From Cylindrospermopsis raciborskii Cr2010 (GTDB lineage: Bacteria; Cyanobacteriota; Cyanobacteriia; Cyanobacteriales; Nostocaceae), in contig NZ_CP065936.1 in the NCBI RefSeq assembly GCF_003367075.2, positions 3,720,001 to 3,752,000 of the forward strand: 32,000 bases of DNA, read 5' to 3'. The position numbers were made by a program, and so were the translations under genes. The notes beneath the pieces are model-generated. The model made no database searches and was not told the DNA's origin. It was given only the letters and a program-made list of their open reading frames with translations. This document shows positions 9,040-16,761 of this stretch, one piece after another. Within the stretch, counting starts at the first letter, position 1. Each line of letters begins with the position of its first letter.

Positions 9040-10638
9040 TTAATAACCAAAACTATCCTCAGCTATGGGAAAAGCATAGTTAGAGAATAGGGAGTAATGA
9101 TTAATTTCATTATTGGTTTCTTGGTCGAGCACATGAATAACCCGATTATGAATTTCTTCTGCTTGTTCAGGGGAATTGCCAATGCTAGTTAAACCTAGTT
9201 TGCCAAACTGAGAAATACAACCCATCAGATGAAATACAGTTCCTGTTTCTGTTCCACTCTCAAAATGTAATCGGTGATGGGCAATAATATCCATTAAGTC
9301 ACTGGGTAATAGCCCACGGTAGGAGTCTTTTTGTAAATTGTCCGTAGCAACATAATATTTAGGTTTTCCTTGCTGACTGTAAAATAACCCGGTGGATAAA
9401 TCATAGCTCCCATTGGTTAATAACTTTAAAGTCATAAAGGGGTGAGTAGTACCGCCTTTACGTAAATTAATTTCAATAGCTTGGATATCCCATTTACCAT
9501 TACCTTGATCCACTACTACAAAATCCACGCCAAATCTTTCCAATGCTCCTTTTTCTGCCAGTTTTTTGCCTACAGCTAAACCAATATCTTGTAATTCTAC
9601 TCTATAATTCTCATTAGCTGGAAACCGACACCCTAGATAAATTTGTCCATCCGGACCACCTAGAATTTGATCATGGGTGGAAAGTATTTCTACTGTCCCA
9701 TCGGGGGTGATTCTTCCCTGCACACTGGGAGAATATTTGATTTCACCTTCTATAAATGATTCGGCGATCGCTCCCATTTCTAAAATAAGTTGAGAGAAGG
9801 TTATCCAATTTTCTTGTTGAGCTTGAAAACGTAGATTGACAAAGCTTTTTTCAATGGCTTCTGCTCTTTCAACATGGTTGGTTTTACCGGGAGCAAAATC
9901 TCTTAAAGGAAACAAATTTAAGATGGCATTTCCCTTTCCAGATATACCCTGGTTTAGTTTGACAACTATTTTTTTTAAATGTGGTTGACGTTCCCACAAC
10001 TTAGCCACTTCCCTGGCCAGCTCTTTTGCATTCCAGACCAACTTACTACCATCTGGATGAGGTACACCAGTTTGGGCAAAAATTTCTCGACTACCACTTT
10101 TTGTTCCCCAAATCTGTAAATCTGGCGCAGCAGCATACAGAGGTATATTCAGTTTTAGAGATAACTCTGCTTCCCAAAATGTGGAGTTATAACAACTTAT
10201 AAAAGCTTTATCTACCTGTAATGCTTGGCGTATTCTTTCTATTAATCGGGGGCGTTCTAAGATTTTTTGACTGAGCGGTTTTAAAGAAGAATCGTAGGTA
10301 GAAAGCATTAATAGACGATGGCGAGCATGGGAAAAAGGAATTCCCGGTAGCAATTGTAAATAATAGTCAATAATGCTAGGATGTATGGGCATTGATGTGA
10401 CATAAATTAATCTATTTCGGGGGTTGCGCAAACGAATGAGAGAAAATAGTAATCTTTCTTCATAATGCTCGCAACCTTGAACTTTTTCTAGTTCTCGCTG
10501 ATCAATACTCAAGGAAGGTATGATTAAAATATCAGTCTCACTATTGTCAAATATCTCACTGGGTTTCCATCGCTCCCCTAGGGTTGATTGTAAACTACGA
10601 AATTGTTCAATTCCTGGTAATATATCTTTCTCAGTCAT
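9040..10638 (-). CDS. ATP-grasp-fold ligase-like protein (possibly PGM1-type peptide ligase related)
   Basis: This is a 532-aa ORF. The C-terminal half carries ATP-grasp-like elements: VVKLNQGISGKGN, ESFIEGE, and the Mg-ligand motif IEINLRKGGTTHP (E-x-N-x-R). The N-terminal ~200 aa is of unknown type. The assignment rests on motif memory only. Confidence 0.5.
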   Translation of the reverse strand: MTEKDILPGIEQFRSLQSTLGERWKPSEIFDNSETDILIIPSLSIDQRELEKVQGCEHYEERLLFSLIRLRNPRNRLIYVTSMPIHPSIIDYYLQLLPGIPFSHARHRLLMLSTYDSSLKPLSQKILERPRLIERIRQALQVDKAFISCYNSTFWEAELSLKLNIPLYAAAPDLQIWGTKSGSREIFAQTGVPHPDGSKLVWNAKELAREVAKLWERQPHLKKIVVKLNQGISGKGNAILNLFPLRDFAPGKTNHVERAEAIEKSFVNLRFQAQQENWITFSQLILEMGAIAESFIEGEIKYSPSVQGRITPDGTVEILSTHDQILGGPDGQIYLGCRFPANENYRVELQDIGLAVGKKLAEKGALERFGVDFVVVDQGNGKWDIQAIEINLRKGGTTHPFMTLKLLTNGSYDLSTGLFYSQQGKPKYYVATDNLQKDSYRGLLPSDLMDIIAHHRLHFESGTETGTVFHLMGCISQFGKLGLTSIGNSPEQAEEIHNRVIHVLDQETNNEINHYSLFSNYAFPIAEDSFGY

Positions 10639-11076
10639 ATTTTTTCTCCCTAATATATACTAGTTAATATATATCCCAGGTAAGACTCTTTTGGCTGATT
10701 TTATCTGTATATTTTTGTAAATTTTTTTAGCTATAAATTGATTGAGAAAAGTCAATTATTAAATCAGTTATCAGTATATTGAATTAGCTATGCCCAATAG
10801 ATATCTAATCTATATCTGAAGAGTGATAAAATCAGGTTTTTTTTTACTTCCGATGCACGATAAATAACCAAGAATTAACAGTTAAATTAAGAGCAGATAA
10901 ACGGGATCAAGCCTTCATGATCAGTGATTATCTAATGGTTAGAAATAATTGGATTAAGAGCCTATGAAGGGATGGTTACGCTCATTTATGGACGAATATG
11001 TTACTAACTGAGTGTACCAATATCCAATCATCAAGTCTCAAGTTGTTAACAGCTCCCAGGAACGAAAGCAGAAAAT

Positions 11077-11120
11077 AAGTTTCTCAAAATGAGTTTTTAA
11101 AAACTTGTTTTGAGAAATTT
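11077..11120 (-). terminator. Near-perfect 22-bp-arm palindrome downstream of the pyruvate-kinase-like gene
   Basis: The arms are aagtttctcaaaatgagttttt and aaaaacttgttttgagaaattt, matching at 19 of 22 positions. The palindrome starts 33 nt after the stop codon, and a T-rich tract (ttattttct) follows on the minus strand. Confidence 0.45.
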
Positions 11121-11153
11121 ACCTATAGATACTTAAAACCTATTTCTTATCAA

Positions 11154-12698
11154 TTAAATGGTGTCGTCCCCTGAAGCAGAAAAGTTCTCCCAGGAACGCA
11201 GGGCCCGCAATTGGGGGGTTTTCTTTAATTGATGGGCTTCCATCCTAGTAAGCACATCATCTAAGATGGTGACAGCTTGGGTAATAAATGGTCCCTTATT
11301 CAACATAACACATTCAGCTCTTTCGGCCATAGCTGCATCTGTCATTTCTCCACGAGATGGGGCACCTTCCTTGACTAAACTCTCTAATACCTGAGTTGCC
11401 CAAATCACTGGAACGTGCGCAGCTTCACACAACCACAGAATTTCTTCTTGTATCTCTGCTAATCTTTGATAGCCAATTTCTACCGCTAGATCCCCCCTAG
11501 CAATCATTACTCCAAAGGGGTGTTTCCCCGCTGCATGAACAATTAGTTCGGGTAGGTTAGTAACTGCTACAGCGGTTTCAATCTTGGCAATAATCGCTGG
11601 ATGTTCTCCCTGCAAGCATCTTTGCGCCAGTTCGCTTTGTAATAGTTGGATATCTGTTGTTTGTTGGACAAAGGAATAACCAATAATGTCCGCATGGGTA
11701 GCTAGGAAGTCTAAATCAGTTAGATCCTTTGGTGTGAGCGGAATTAGGGGTAATACTATGTTGGGAAAATTTAGTCCCTTTTCTGGAGATAGCTTCACTC
11801 CCTTGGGTTTAGCATGGGTCACCTCCAATAAAAACCCAGAACTACCATCTGGTAAAGGATAATCTTGATCAACTACCCGAGTACGTAATTTACCATCGTC
11901 AATATAAACTAAGGTGCCCACTGTTAGTAAGTCCAGAATTTCTGGTACTGTACAACTAATGTGAATATTATCTATAGGATCTGCGATCGCTTGGTTAGAT
12001 AAACTACGACACAAAACAATTAAATCTCCTCGGAAGACGCGATTTTTACCTGCAGGGGCTAAAACTATTTCGGTGCGAATTTTTGGACCACCTAAATCCA
12101 TCATCACTGTACATTGAGATGAAAGTTCTTGTTCAGCTTGACGAATGTTCTGAATCATCTTTTCCCAAATAATAGGATTGTCATGGGCGCAGTTTATTCT
12201 TAAACAAGTTGCACCTCGCTCAATTATCTCCCGCACCATTTCATATTCACTAGCAGCTTCTGTGGGTAGGGTGACCATAATTCTCACCCGACGATGGGGT
12301 AACGCTGGACCAAATAAGCACTCTGTCTGTTCTCTTAACCTATTCTCTCCCTCAAAAAAAGATGTGAGAACAGGACGAGTAACAGGAGCAGGAATGGGAA
12401 CTTCGCAAATTAATGCTAGAGTAGCAATAACCGCATCTAGATTAGCCATCACCCTTGCTTCTATACGACCCAAAGAAGATAAACCCCAAGGCATAAGAGC
12501 AGCTTGCAAAGGACGCAGGTCGTGTCTCCGCAGGGCTAAATACTGGGCTAGGTTGAGGGCGCTAGGGAGAAATTGGGAACGCTGGATGTGCGATCGCCAT
12601 TGGTCAAAAATAGCTTTCCCATCTCTTTCTACTGCTTCTCGAAGGTTGAGCAAGCTATCTAATAAGATGGGTGGACTTGAGAGATCTGTAATATTCAT
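11154..12698 (-). CDS. Pyruvate kinase family protein, divergent (N-terminal extension, no C-terminal regulatory domain)
   Basis: The A-domain and B-domain signatures of PK are present but altered: RRVRIMVTLP, LRINCAHD (canonical LNFSHG), DLGGPKIRT (DTKGPEIR), IDDGKL, IAKIET (KIEN), IARGDLAVEIG (ARGDLGVEI), VIWATQVLESL, PSRGEMTDAAMA and ECVMLNKG (DAVMLSGE). Confidence 0.75.
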   Translation of the reverse strand: MNITDLSSPPILLDSLLNLREAVERDGKAIFDQWRSHIQRSQFLPSALNLAQYLALRRHDLRPLQAALMPWGLSSLGRIEARVMANLDAVIATLALICEVPIPAPVTRPVLTSFFEGENRLREQTECLFGPALPHRRVRIMVTLPTEAASEYEMVREIIERGATCLRINCAHDNPIIWEKMIQNIRQAEQELSSQCTVMMDLGGPKIRTEIVLAPAGKNRVFRGDLIVLCRSLSNQAIADPIDNIHISCTVPEILDLLTVGTLVYIDDGKLRTRVVDQDYPLPDGSSGFLLEVTHAKPKGVKLSPEKGLNFPNIVLPLIPLTPKDLTDLDFLATHADIIGYSFVQQTTDIQLLQSELAQRCLQGEHPAIIAKIETAVAVTNLPELIVHAAGKHPFGVMIARGDLAVEIGYQRLAEIQEEILWLCEAAHVPVIWATQVLESLVKEGAPSRGEMTDAAMAERAECVMLNKGPFITQAVTILDDVLTRMEAHQLKKTPQLRALRSWENFSASGDDTI

Positions 12699-12786
12699 GA
12701 TCCTGGTTCACCTGAAGCAGTTCGCTACCGTAACCAATGATAATCTGGTTTTGTACAAACCGCTTTATCTTCATCCATTGGACACT

Positions 12787-13425
12787 ATGGCACTCAACTT
12801 ATATCTGCTACGGCATGGCGAAACAAATTTTAGTCAAAGTGGCAATTTCTGTGGTGAAACGGATGCACAATTGACACCGGAAGGAAACCAGATGGCTCAT
12901 AGTTTTGCTGATGTTTATAAAAATTTATTTTGGGAAGCTGTTTATGTGAGTCCTATGAAACGAACCATTGCTACAGCTCAACCTTTTTGTGATGCAACTG
13001 GTCTAAATATGCAGTTAAGAACTGGTATCCGAGAAGGTAGTTATGGAGAATGGGAAACCAAAAGCAAGTCCTTTGTTCAGGAAAATTATACTGAAAACTA
13101 TATTAAATGGTTGACGGAGTCCGCATGGAATGCACCTCAAGGAGGAGAAACAGCTGTAGAAATTGCTAACCGATCTATTCCCGTAATTAGGGAAATTAAA
13201 GAAAAACACCATCAGGGTAATGTTTTGCTGGTCTCCCATAAGGCTACGATTCGGATTATACTTTGCAGTCTACTGGGAATTGATTTAGGATGCTACAGAT
13301 ATCGTATTAATATTTTGGTAGCATCACTTAGCATGGTTAGGTTTGATGTTAATGGTCCTATGTTAGAAATGTTGGGCGATCGCAATCACATACCAGAACA
13401 TCTCCGTCTCCGTCCGGGAACCTAA
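12787..13425 (+). CDS. Histidine phosphatase (phosphoglycerate mutase) family protein
   Basis: The protein starts MALNLYLLRHGETNFS (RHG catalytic motif) and later has LLVSHKATIR (the second catalytic His). The ATG at 12787 is in frame with the 415-aa track ORF. The first 203 codons of that ORF are antisense to the PK-like gene and are discarded. Confidence 0.85.
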   Translation: MALNLYLLRHGETNFSQSGNFCGETDAQLTPEGNQMAHSFADVYKNLFWEAVYVSPMKRTIATAQPFCDATGLNMQLRTGIREGSYGEWETKSKSFVQENYTENYIKWLTESAWNAPQGGETAVEIANRSIPVIREIKEKHHQGNVLLVSHKATIRIILCSLLGIDLGCYRYRINILVASLSMVRFDVNGPMLEMLGDRNHIPEHLRLRPGT

Positions 13426-13449
13426 TGGAGCAGAAGATTGGTATGAAGA

Positions 13450-13878
13450 TTATGATGCTGCTCCCTTTTTATGCTTTACTTCTACCACCATATGTACGTT
13501 ACCACGAGGATTAAAATCAGCTTTTACAGTCATTTCTAAGGGTGCACAGGCAATAACCAGATCATCTAATATTTGATTGGTCACTTCCTCGTGGGAAATG
13601 TACTTGTCCCGGTAGCTGTTAATATATAACTTTAACGCTTTTAACTCTACTACTCTTTGGTCTGGTATGTAGGCAATATGAATCGTGGCAAAGTCGGGAT
13701 AACCGGAAAAAGGACATTTACAGGTAAATTCAGGTAAGGTAATATCAATTGTGTATTCCCTACCTACGCGAGGATTGGGAAAGGTAATTAGTTTGCCCTC
13801 TTCGATTTCTCGCTCACCATATTTTACTTCTTTAACGGGGTCTTCACTTGGTAGAATGTTACTGACGGAATGACTCAT
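13450..13878 (-). CDS. queF: NADPH-dependent 7-cyano-7-deazaguanine (preQ0) reductase
   Basis: This is a 142-aa type-I QueF. It has the catalytic-Cys block EFTCKCPFSGYPDFATIHIAYIPD and the QueF motif VELKALKLYINSYR..ISHEE. Confidence 0.9.
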   Translation of the reverse strand: MSHSVSNILPSEDPVKEVKYGEREIEEGKLITFPNPRVGREYTIDITLPEFTCKCPFSGYPDFATIHIAYIPDQRVVELKALKLYINSYRDKYISHEEVTNQILDDLVIACAPLEMTVKADFNPRGNVHMVVEVKHKKGAAS

Positions 13879-13940
13879 AATTATTGGGACTAACTAAAAA
13901 GCACATATAAATCATAATGTTTTATGATACAAAAAAATTT

Positions 13941-14300
13941 CTATCCCCCCCAGTCGGGACACTTTTCCCCATCCCAACCATAGGGATGCATGGCACAAAC
14001 CAGTAGGTTCCCACCATATACTTCTCCATGATAATTACTACAACCCACACATGCAGGATTTTTCAGTGAATCAGCTTCCACCTCATATGGGAGGTTAGGA
14101 TCTTCCAGATCCCAATAGAACCCCACCACCGGTTCTAACAACTCACTTAAACACGTACCTGCACTCCCAACCTGTTCGCCAATTTCCTCGGTTAAATCGA
14201 AAAGAGTATCCACTATCTCATCGATTTCCTCGAATAGTCTTTCTGCTTCACCAGATACGGTTAAAACAATATCAAGTAATTCTTCTTGCCACCATGTCAT
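13941..14300 (-). CDS. Conserved hypothetical protein: acidic helical N-terminus plus C-terminal Cys/His knuckle
   Basis: This is a 119-aa ORF. The C-terminus is CVGCSNYHGEVYGGNLLVCAMHPYGWDGEKCPDW (CxxC-x14-C-x11-C with two His). I recall this pattern from small cyanobacterial DUF proteins but cannot name the family with certainty. Confidence 0.5.
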   Translation of the reverse strand: MTWWQEELLDIVLTVSGEAERLFEEIDEIVDTLFDLTEEIGEQVGSAGTCLSELLEPVVGFYWDLEDPNLPYEVEADSLKNPACVGCSNYHGEVYGGNLLVCAMHPYGWDGEKCPDWGG

Positions 14301-14341
14301 AGGTTTTCATGCAATAGCTAAACCAAATTGCATCTTTATTA

Positions 14342-14644
14342 TCACTTGTCTTTCTCTTCCACCTCTTCCACATCCACTATTTCTATCAAACGAGGTTCTG
14401 CGGGGGTGGTTTTATCTGAGTCTGGTGCTGTACCCCGAGACTGCTGAGCCTGTTGGATCATCTCCTCCACAAAACGGCGAGCTTCCTCCGTGGTCATCTG
14501 TCCCTTTGCTTCCATTTCCTCCGCTAATTTTTCAATTTGCGATCGCATTTGGTTGAGGGTTTCACCACCTCTTTCGCCAGCATAAGCCGCTAGACCTACA
14601 CCTAGGTAAAAAGCTTTTTCTACAAGTTTTCCAAAAGCGGGCAT
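14342..14644 (-). CDS. Small helical protein, phasin-like (unknown function)
   Basis: This is a 100-aa ORF. MPAFGKLVEKAFYLGVGLAAYAGE..EKLAEEMEAKGQMTTEEARRFVEEM resembles proteins annotated as phasin-family or hypothetical in cyanobacteria. A GGAG sequence lies 11 nt upstream of the ATG. Confidence 0.45.
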   Translation of the reverse strand: MPAFGKLVEKAFYLGVGLAAYAGERGGETLNQMRSQIEKLAEEMEAKGQMTTEEARRFVEEMIQQAQQSRGTAPDSDKTTPAEPRLIEIVDVEEVEEKDK

Positions 14645-14661
14645 TGCCGTAAAGCACTCCT

Positions 14662-14768
14662 AAAAATGGGGGAACCCGGAGACTACGCCTACCACAAGCA
14701 TCCCGTATTGCTGCTACCTTCCGGTCCTGACAAGGTTTAGGCGTTGAGATCGCATAGATCCAGGTCTG
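14662..14768 (-). ncRNA. ffs: Signal recognition particle RNA (small bacterial SRP / 4.5S-type)
   Basis: The minus strand reads ..ACCUGGAUCUAUGCGAUCUCAACGCCUAAACCUUGUCAGGACCGGAAGGUAGCAGCAAUACGGGAUGCUUGUGGUAGGCGUAGUCUCCGGGUUCCCCCAUUUUU. It contains the universally conserved helix-8 core GUCAGGnCCGGAAGGnAGCAGC with a GGAA tetraloop. The 5' GACCUGGA pairs with the 3' UCCGGGUU, and ACGCCUA pairs with UAGGCGU. The RNA ends in a U-run. The ends are approximate to within a few nt. Confidence 0.8.
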
Positions 14769-14773
14769 AATTT

Positions 14774-14803
14774 ATAATAACACGAAATTTCTAAAATGGT
14801 CAA
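14774..14803 (-). promoter_or_regulatory. Putative sigma70-type promoter of ffs
   Basis: On the minus strand, TTGACC (14803-14798) is followed by an 18-nt spacer and TATTAT (14779-14774). That places a start site near 14767, at the base of the SRP RNA 5' stem. The -35 box abuts the stop codon of the upstream YciI-like gene. Confidence 0.35.
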
Positions 14804-15076
14804 CTATTCTAAAACAATTTTCCACTCGTGCAGTTGGTAATTAACACAACCGTTAATTACCAAAGGATCTGCGCTAACAATTGCCTGGGCTTCTTCCATA
14901 GAATCTGCCTCAAATAACATCATCCCTCCACCTTTTCTCGCCCAGTAACCAGTTTTAGCTTTATGTCCTTTGTCTATTAGTGCTTTTACGTATTCTCTAT
15001 GGGCTGGCACATACTGATCAAAGGTGGCTTTATCCACTAGGCCTGCTTCTATTTTGACAAACCAAGGCATATTCAC
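14804..15076 (-). CDS. YciI-family protein
   Basis: This is a 90-aa ORF of typical YciI size. Its pattern fits the family: the PAHREY region, GGGMMLFEADSMEEAQAIVSADP, and a C-terminal ..EWKIV. Confidence 0.7.
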   Translation of the reverse strand: MNMPWFVKIEAGLVDKATFDQYVPAHREYVKALIDKGHKAKTGYWARKGGGMMLFEADSMEEAQAIVSADPLVINGCVNYQLHEWKIVLE

Positions 15077-15262
15077 TAAGCATTTACAACTGACTACACA
15101 ATACCATGAATTGACTGTTTCCGCTGTTAATAATTCTTAACATTAGGTGGTTGCCAATTTTTTATAGAACAAATATACTAATAAGGTAGTGGAACCTTCC
15201 AGCTGTAGGGTGGGATTGGTTACCCGGTTCATTGTGTTGATCAATTAAGTAGGAGGCAAATT

Positions 15263-15997
15263 ATGACGAACATTGATTCACTATTATCTAGTCATCAAGC
15301 ATTATTAGAAGAACATGCTAAGCAGATTGGATACCAAATCGTAAATATACGCCAGATTGTAGATAAGCGAATGAAGGAGATTCATGATGGGGAAGATCAT
15401 TTACTAGAAGCCCAGTGTGTCGGGTTAAATAGGATAATTGATACTTTACGGACTGATGCTAGATGTATATTATTTACAGAGGGATTTAAAAATTTTCTAG
15501 GCAAACTTGATCACATAGAGTATAGTTGGGACGTGGATTATATAGACATAATTAGAACGGATCCAAGTAATTGGATGTTGGCAAATTTTAAATTGCCCAT
15601 AGGTTTAATGGATTACAAGGTTATAGAGTGTACGAATGCCTATGATGATGAAGAATTTTATACCGGGTATGAGCATGTAGTGTCATTAGAGATAGACGGA
15701 GAAAAAAGTCCCTTAATATTAAATTACAGTCGCGACCGTGATCAGTATATCGAAGAATGTTCTCTGGCAGAAATCGTACAAGAATACGGAGACTGTGATT
15801 TTGAAAGGATCTTGGAAAGTATTACCGAAAAAGAGGAAGAAATTCAACAGTTAGGTCGGGAGATTGCCATACTGGTAGTCTATTCAATCAGTTTGTTTAC
15901 ACTAAAACCATCCGTGTCAGTGTTTGAATATAATTCATCAATTCCGGAAAAGTACTTATCCTGGTTTGCGCCTCCCAAGATATCTGATAACTGTTAA
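15263..15997 (+). CDS. Hypothetical protein, paralog A of a tandem pair (no recognisable domain)
   Basis: This is a 244-aa ORF. A strong Shine-Dalgarno sequence TAGGAGG lies 7 nt upstream of the ATG. It is collinear and homologous to the next ORF along its whole length, which supports both being real genes. Confidence 0.7.
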   Translation: MTNIDSLLSSHQALLEEHAKQIGYQIVNIRQIVDKRMKEIHDGEDHLLEAQCVGLNRIIDTLRTDARCILFTEGFKNFLGKLDHIEYSWDVDYIDIIRTDPSNWMLANFKLPIGLMDYKVIECTNAYDDEEFYTGYEHVVSLEIDGEKSPLILNYSRDRDQYIEECSLAEIVQEYGDCDFERILESITEKEEEIQQLGREIAILVVYSISLFTLKPSVSVFEYNSSIPEKYLSWFAPPKISDNC

Positions 15998-16048
15998 GTT
16001 ATAGATTTACGGTTGCCATTTTTCAACTATATCCATACAAGTAAAACT

Positions 16049-16750
16049 ATGACTAGTATAGACAAAATACTGTTAAAATACAAAGTATTAGTCGAAACCC
16101 ATGCTAATCGATTTCTTCCTCAACTTGATGCTTTATACCATTTCGTAGATGAGTCCATGAAAGAGATTCAAAATACTGAAAGAGAAATATTAGAATCACA
16201 GAATGTAGAGCTGAAGAAGATAATTGATGCTTTGCAGGTTGATCCTCGTATTTTGTTATCGACGGACGAATTTAAGCAGTTTGTAGAGATCCTAGGAATA
16301 GCCGAGTGTTGGTGGGAGTGGGAAGAATTAGAGGATCTACCTGCTATTGACAAAGATCCTACCAATTGGTTACTGGCAAAATTACAACTGCCTTTAATTA
16401 TTAGGGATTATCAAGAATTTGAGGATCCTTATGCCTATGATGACACAAGCACATATACCTTGTATGGATATAAAATTTCCCTAAAACTAGGAAATAGAAT
16501 ATGTACTATGGAGGTAGAGCGTAGGCGTGTTTATGAAAACAGATGCAAAGAGTTTTCTCCGGAGAAGCAGATTGCCTACTACATCTTATCTCCCATTAGG
16601 GATCTATTAAGAAGTATGAATTACTCAGAACAAGAAATAGACCAGCTAGGGGGAGAGATGGGCATATTAGTTTTTTATGTGGCCAAGCTTTTTGAGTTAA
16701 AACCTACAGTGTCAGTATTTGAATACAATTCAATGAAAAGAATTTATTAG
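16049..16750 (+). CDS. Hypothetical protein, paralog B of a tandem pair (no recognisable domain)
   Basis: The start is placed at the ATG at 16049 (MTSIDKILL...) because it aligns with MTNIDSLL of paralog A. The track ORF begins at a TTG 12 codons upstream. The shared C-terminal block is E.EI.QLG.E..ILV.Y...LF.LKP.VSVFEYNS. Confidence 0.7.
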   Translation: MTSIDKILLKYKVLVETHANRFLPQLDALYHFVDESMKEIQNTEREILESQNVELKKIIDALQVDPRILLSTDEFKQFVEILGIAECWWEWEELEDLPAIDKDPTNWLLAKLQLPLIIRDYQEFEDPYAYDDTSTYTLYGYKISLKLGNRICTMEVERRRVYENRCKEFSPEKQIAYYILSPIRDLLRSMNYSEQEIDQLGGEMGILVFYVAKLFELKPTVSVFEYNSMKRIY

Positions 16751-16761
16751 GAAATAAACAG

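Noticed and set aside
10954-11031. A 25-aa minus-strand ORF (MIGYWYTQLVTYSSINERNHPFIGS) upstream of the ATP-grasp gene, considered as a possible precursor peptide.
   Set aside because: It has no Shine-Dalgarno sequence, lies about 320 nt from the ligase gene, and I have no evidence of conservation. It is indistinguishable from random short ORFs in AT-rich DNA.
12178-12786. The first 203 codons of the 415-aa plus-strand ORF, which overlap the pyruvate-kinase-like gene in antisense.
   Set aside because: The translated segment is Arg/Ser/Ala-rich and low in complexity, with no motifs. The recognisable histidine-phosphatase domain starts exactly at the in-frame ATG at 12787 (MALNLYLLRHGET). The open antisense frame is most simply a by-product of codon usage in the opposite gene.
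13879-13940. A possible preQ1 riboswitch in the 62-nt leader of queF.
   Set aside because: The leader is almost pure A/T. It has no stem-loop or ACCC/CUA motif of preQ1-I/II/III classes. queF is probably co-transcribed with the upstream ORFs.
16013-16048. Alternative upstream starts: TTG at 16013 for paralog B, TTG at 17598 for glyS, and ATG at 2721 for crcB.
   Set aside because: The extensions add residues that do not align with the paralog (MTNID/MTSID) or with the canonical family N-termini ([14 protein letters not shown] for GlyS; the first TM helix for CrcB). The downstream ATGs are preferred.
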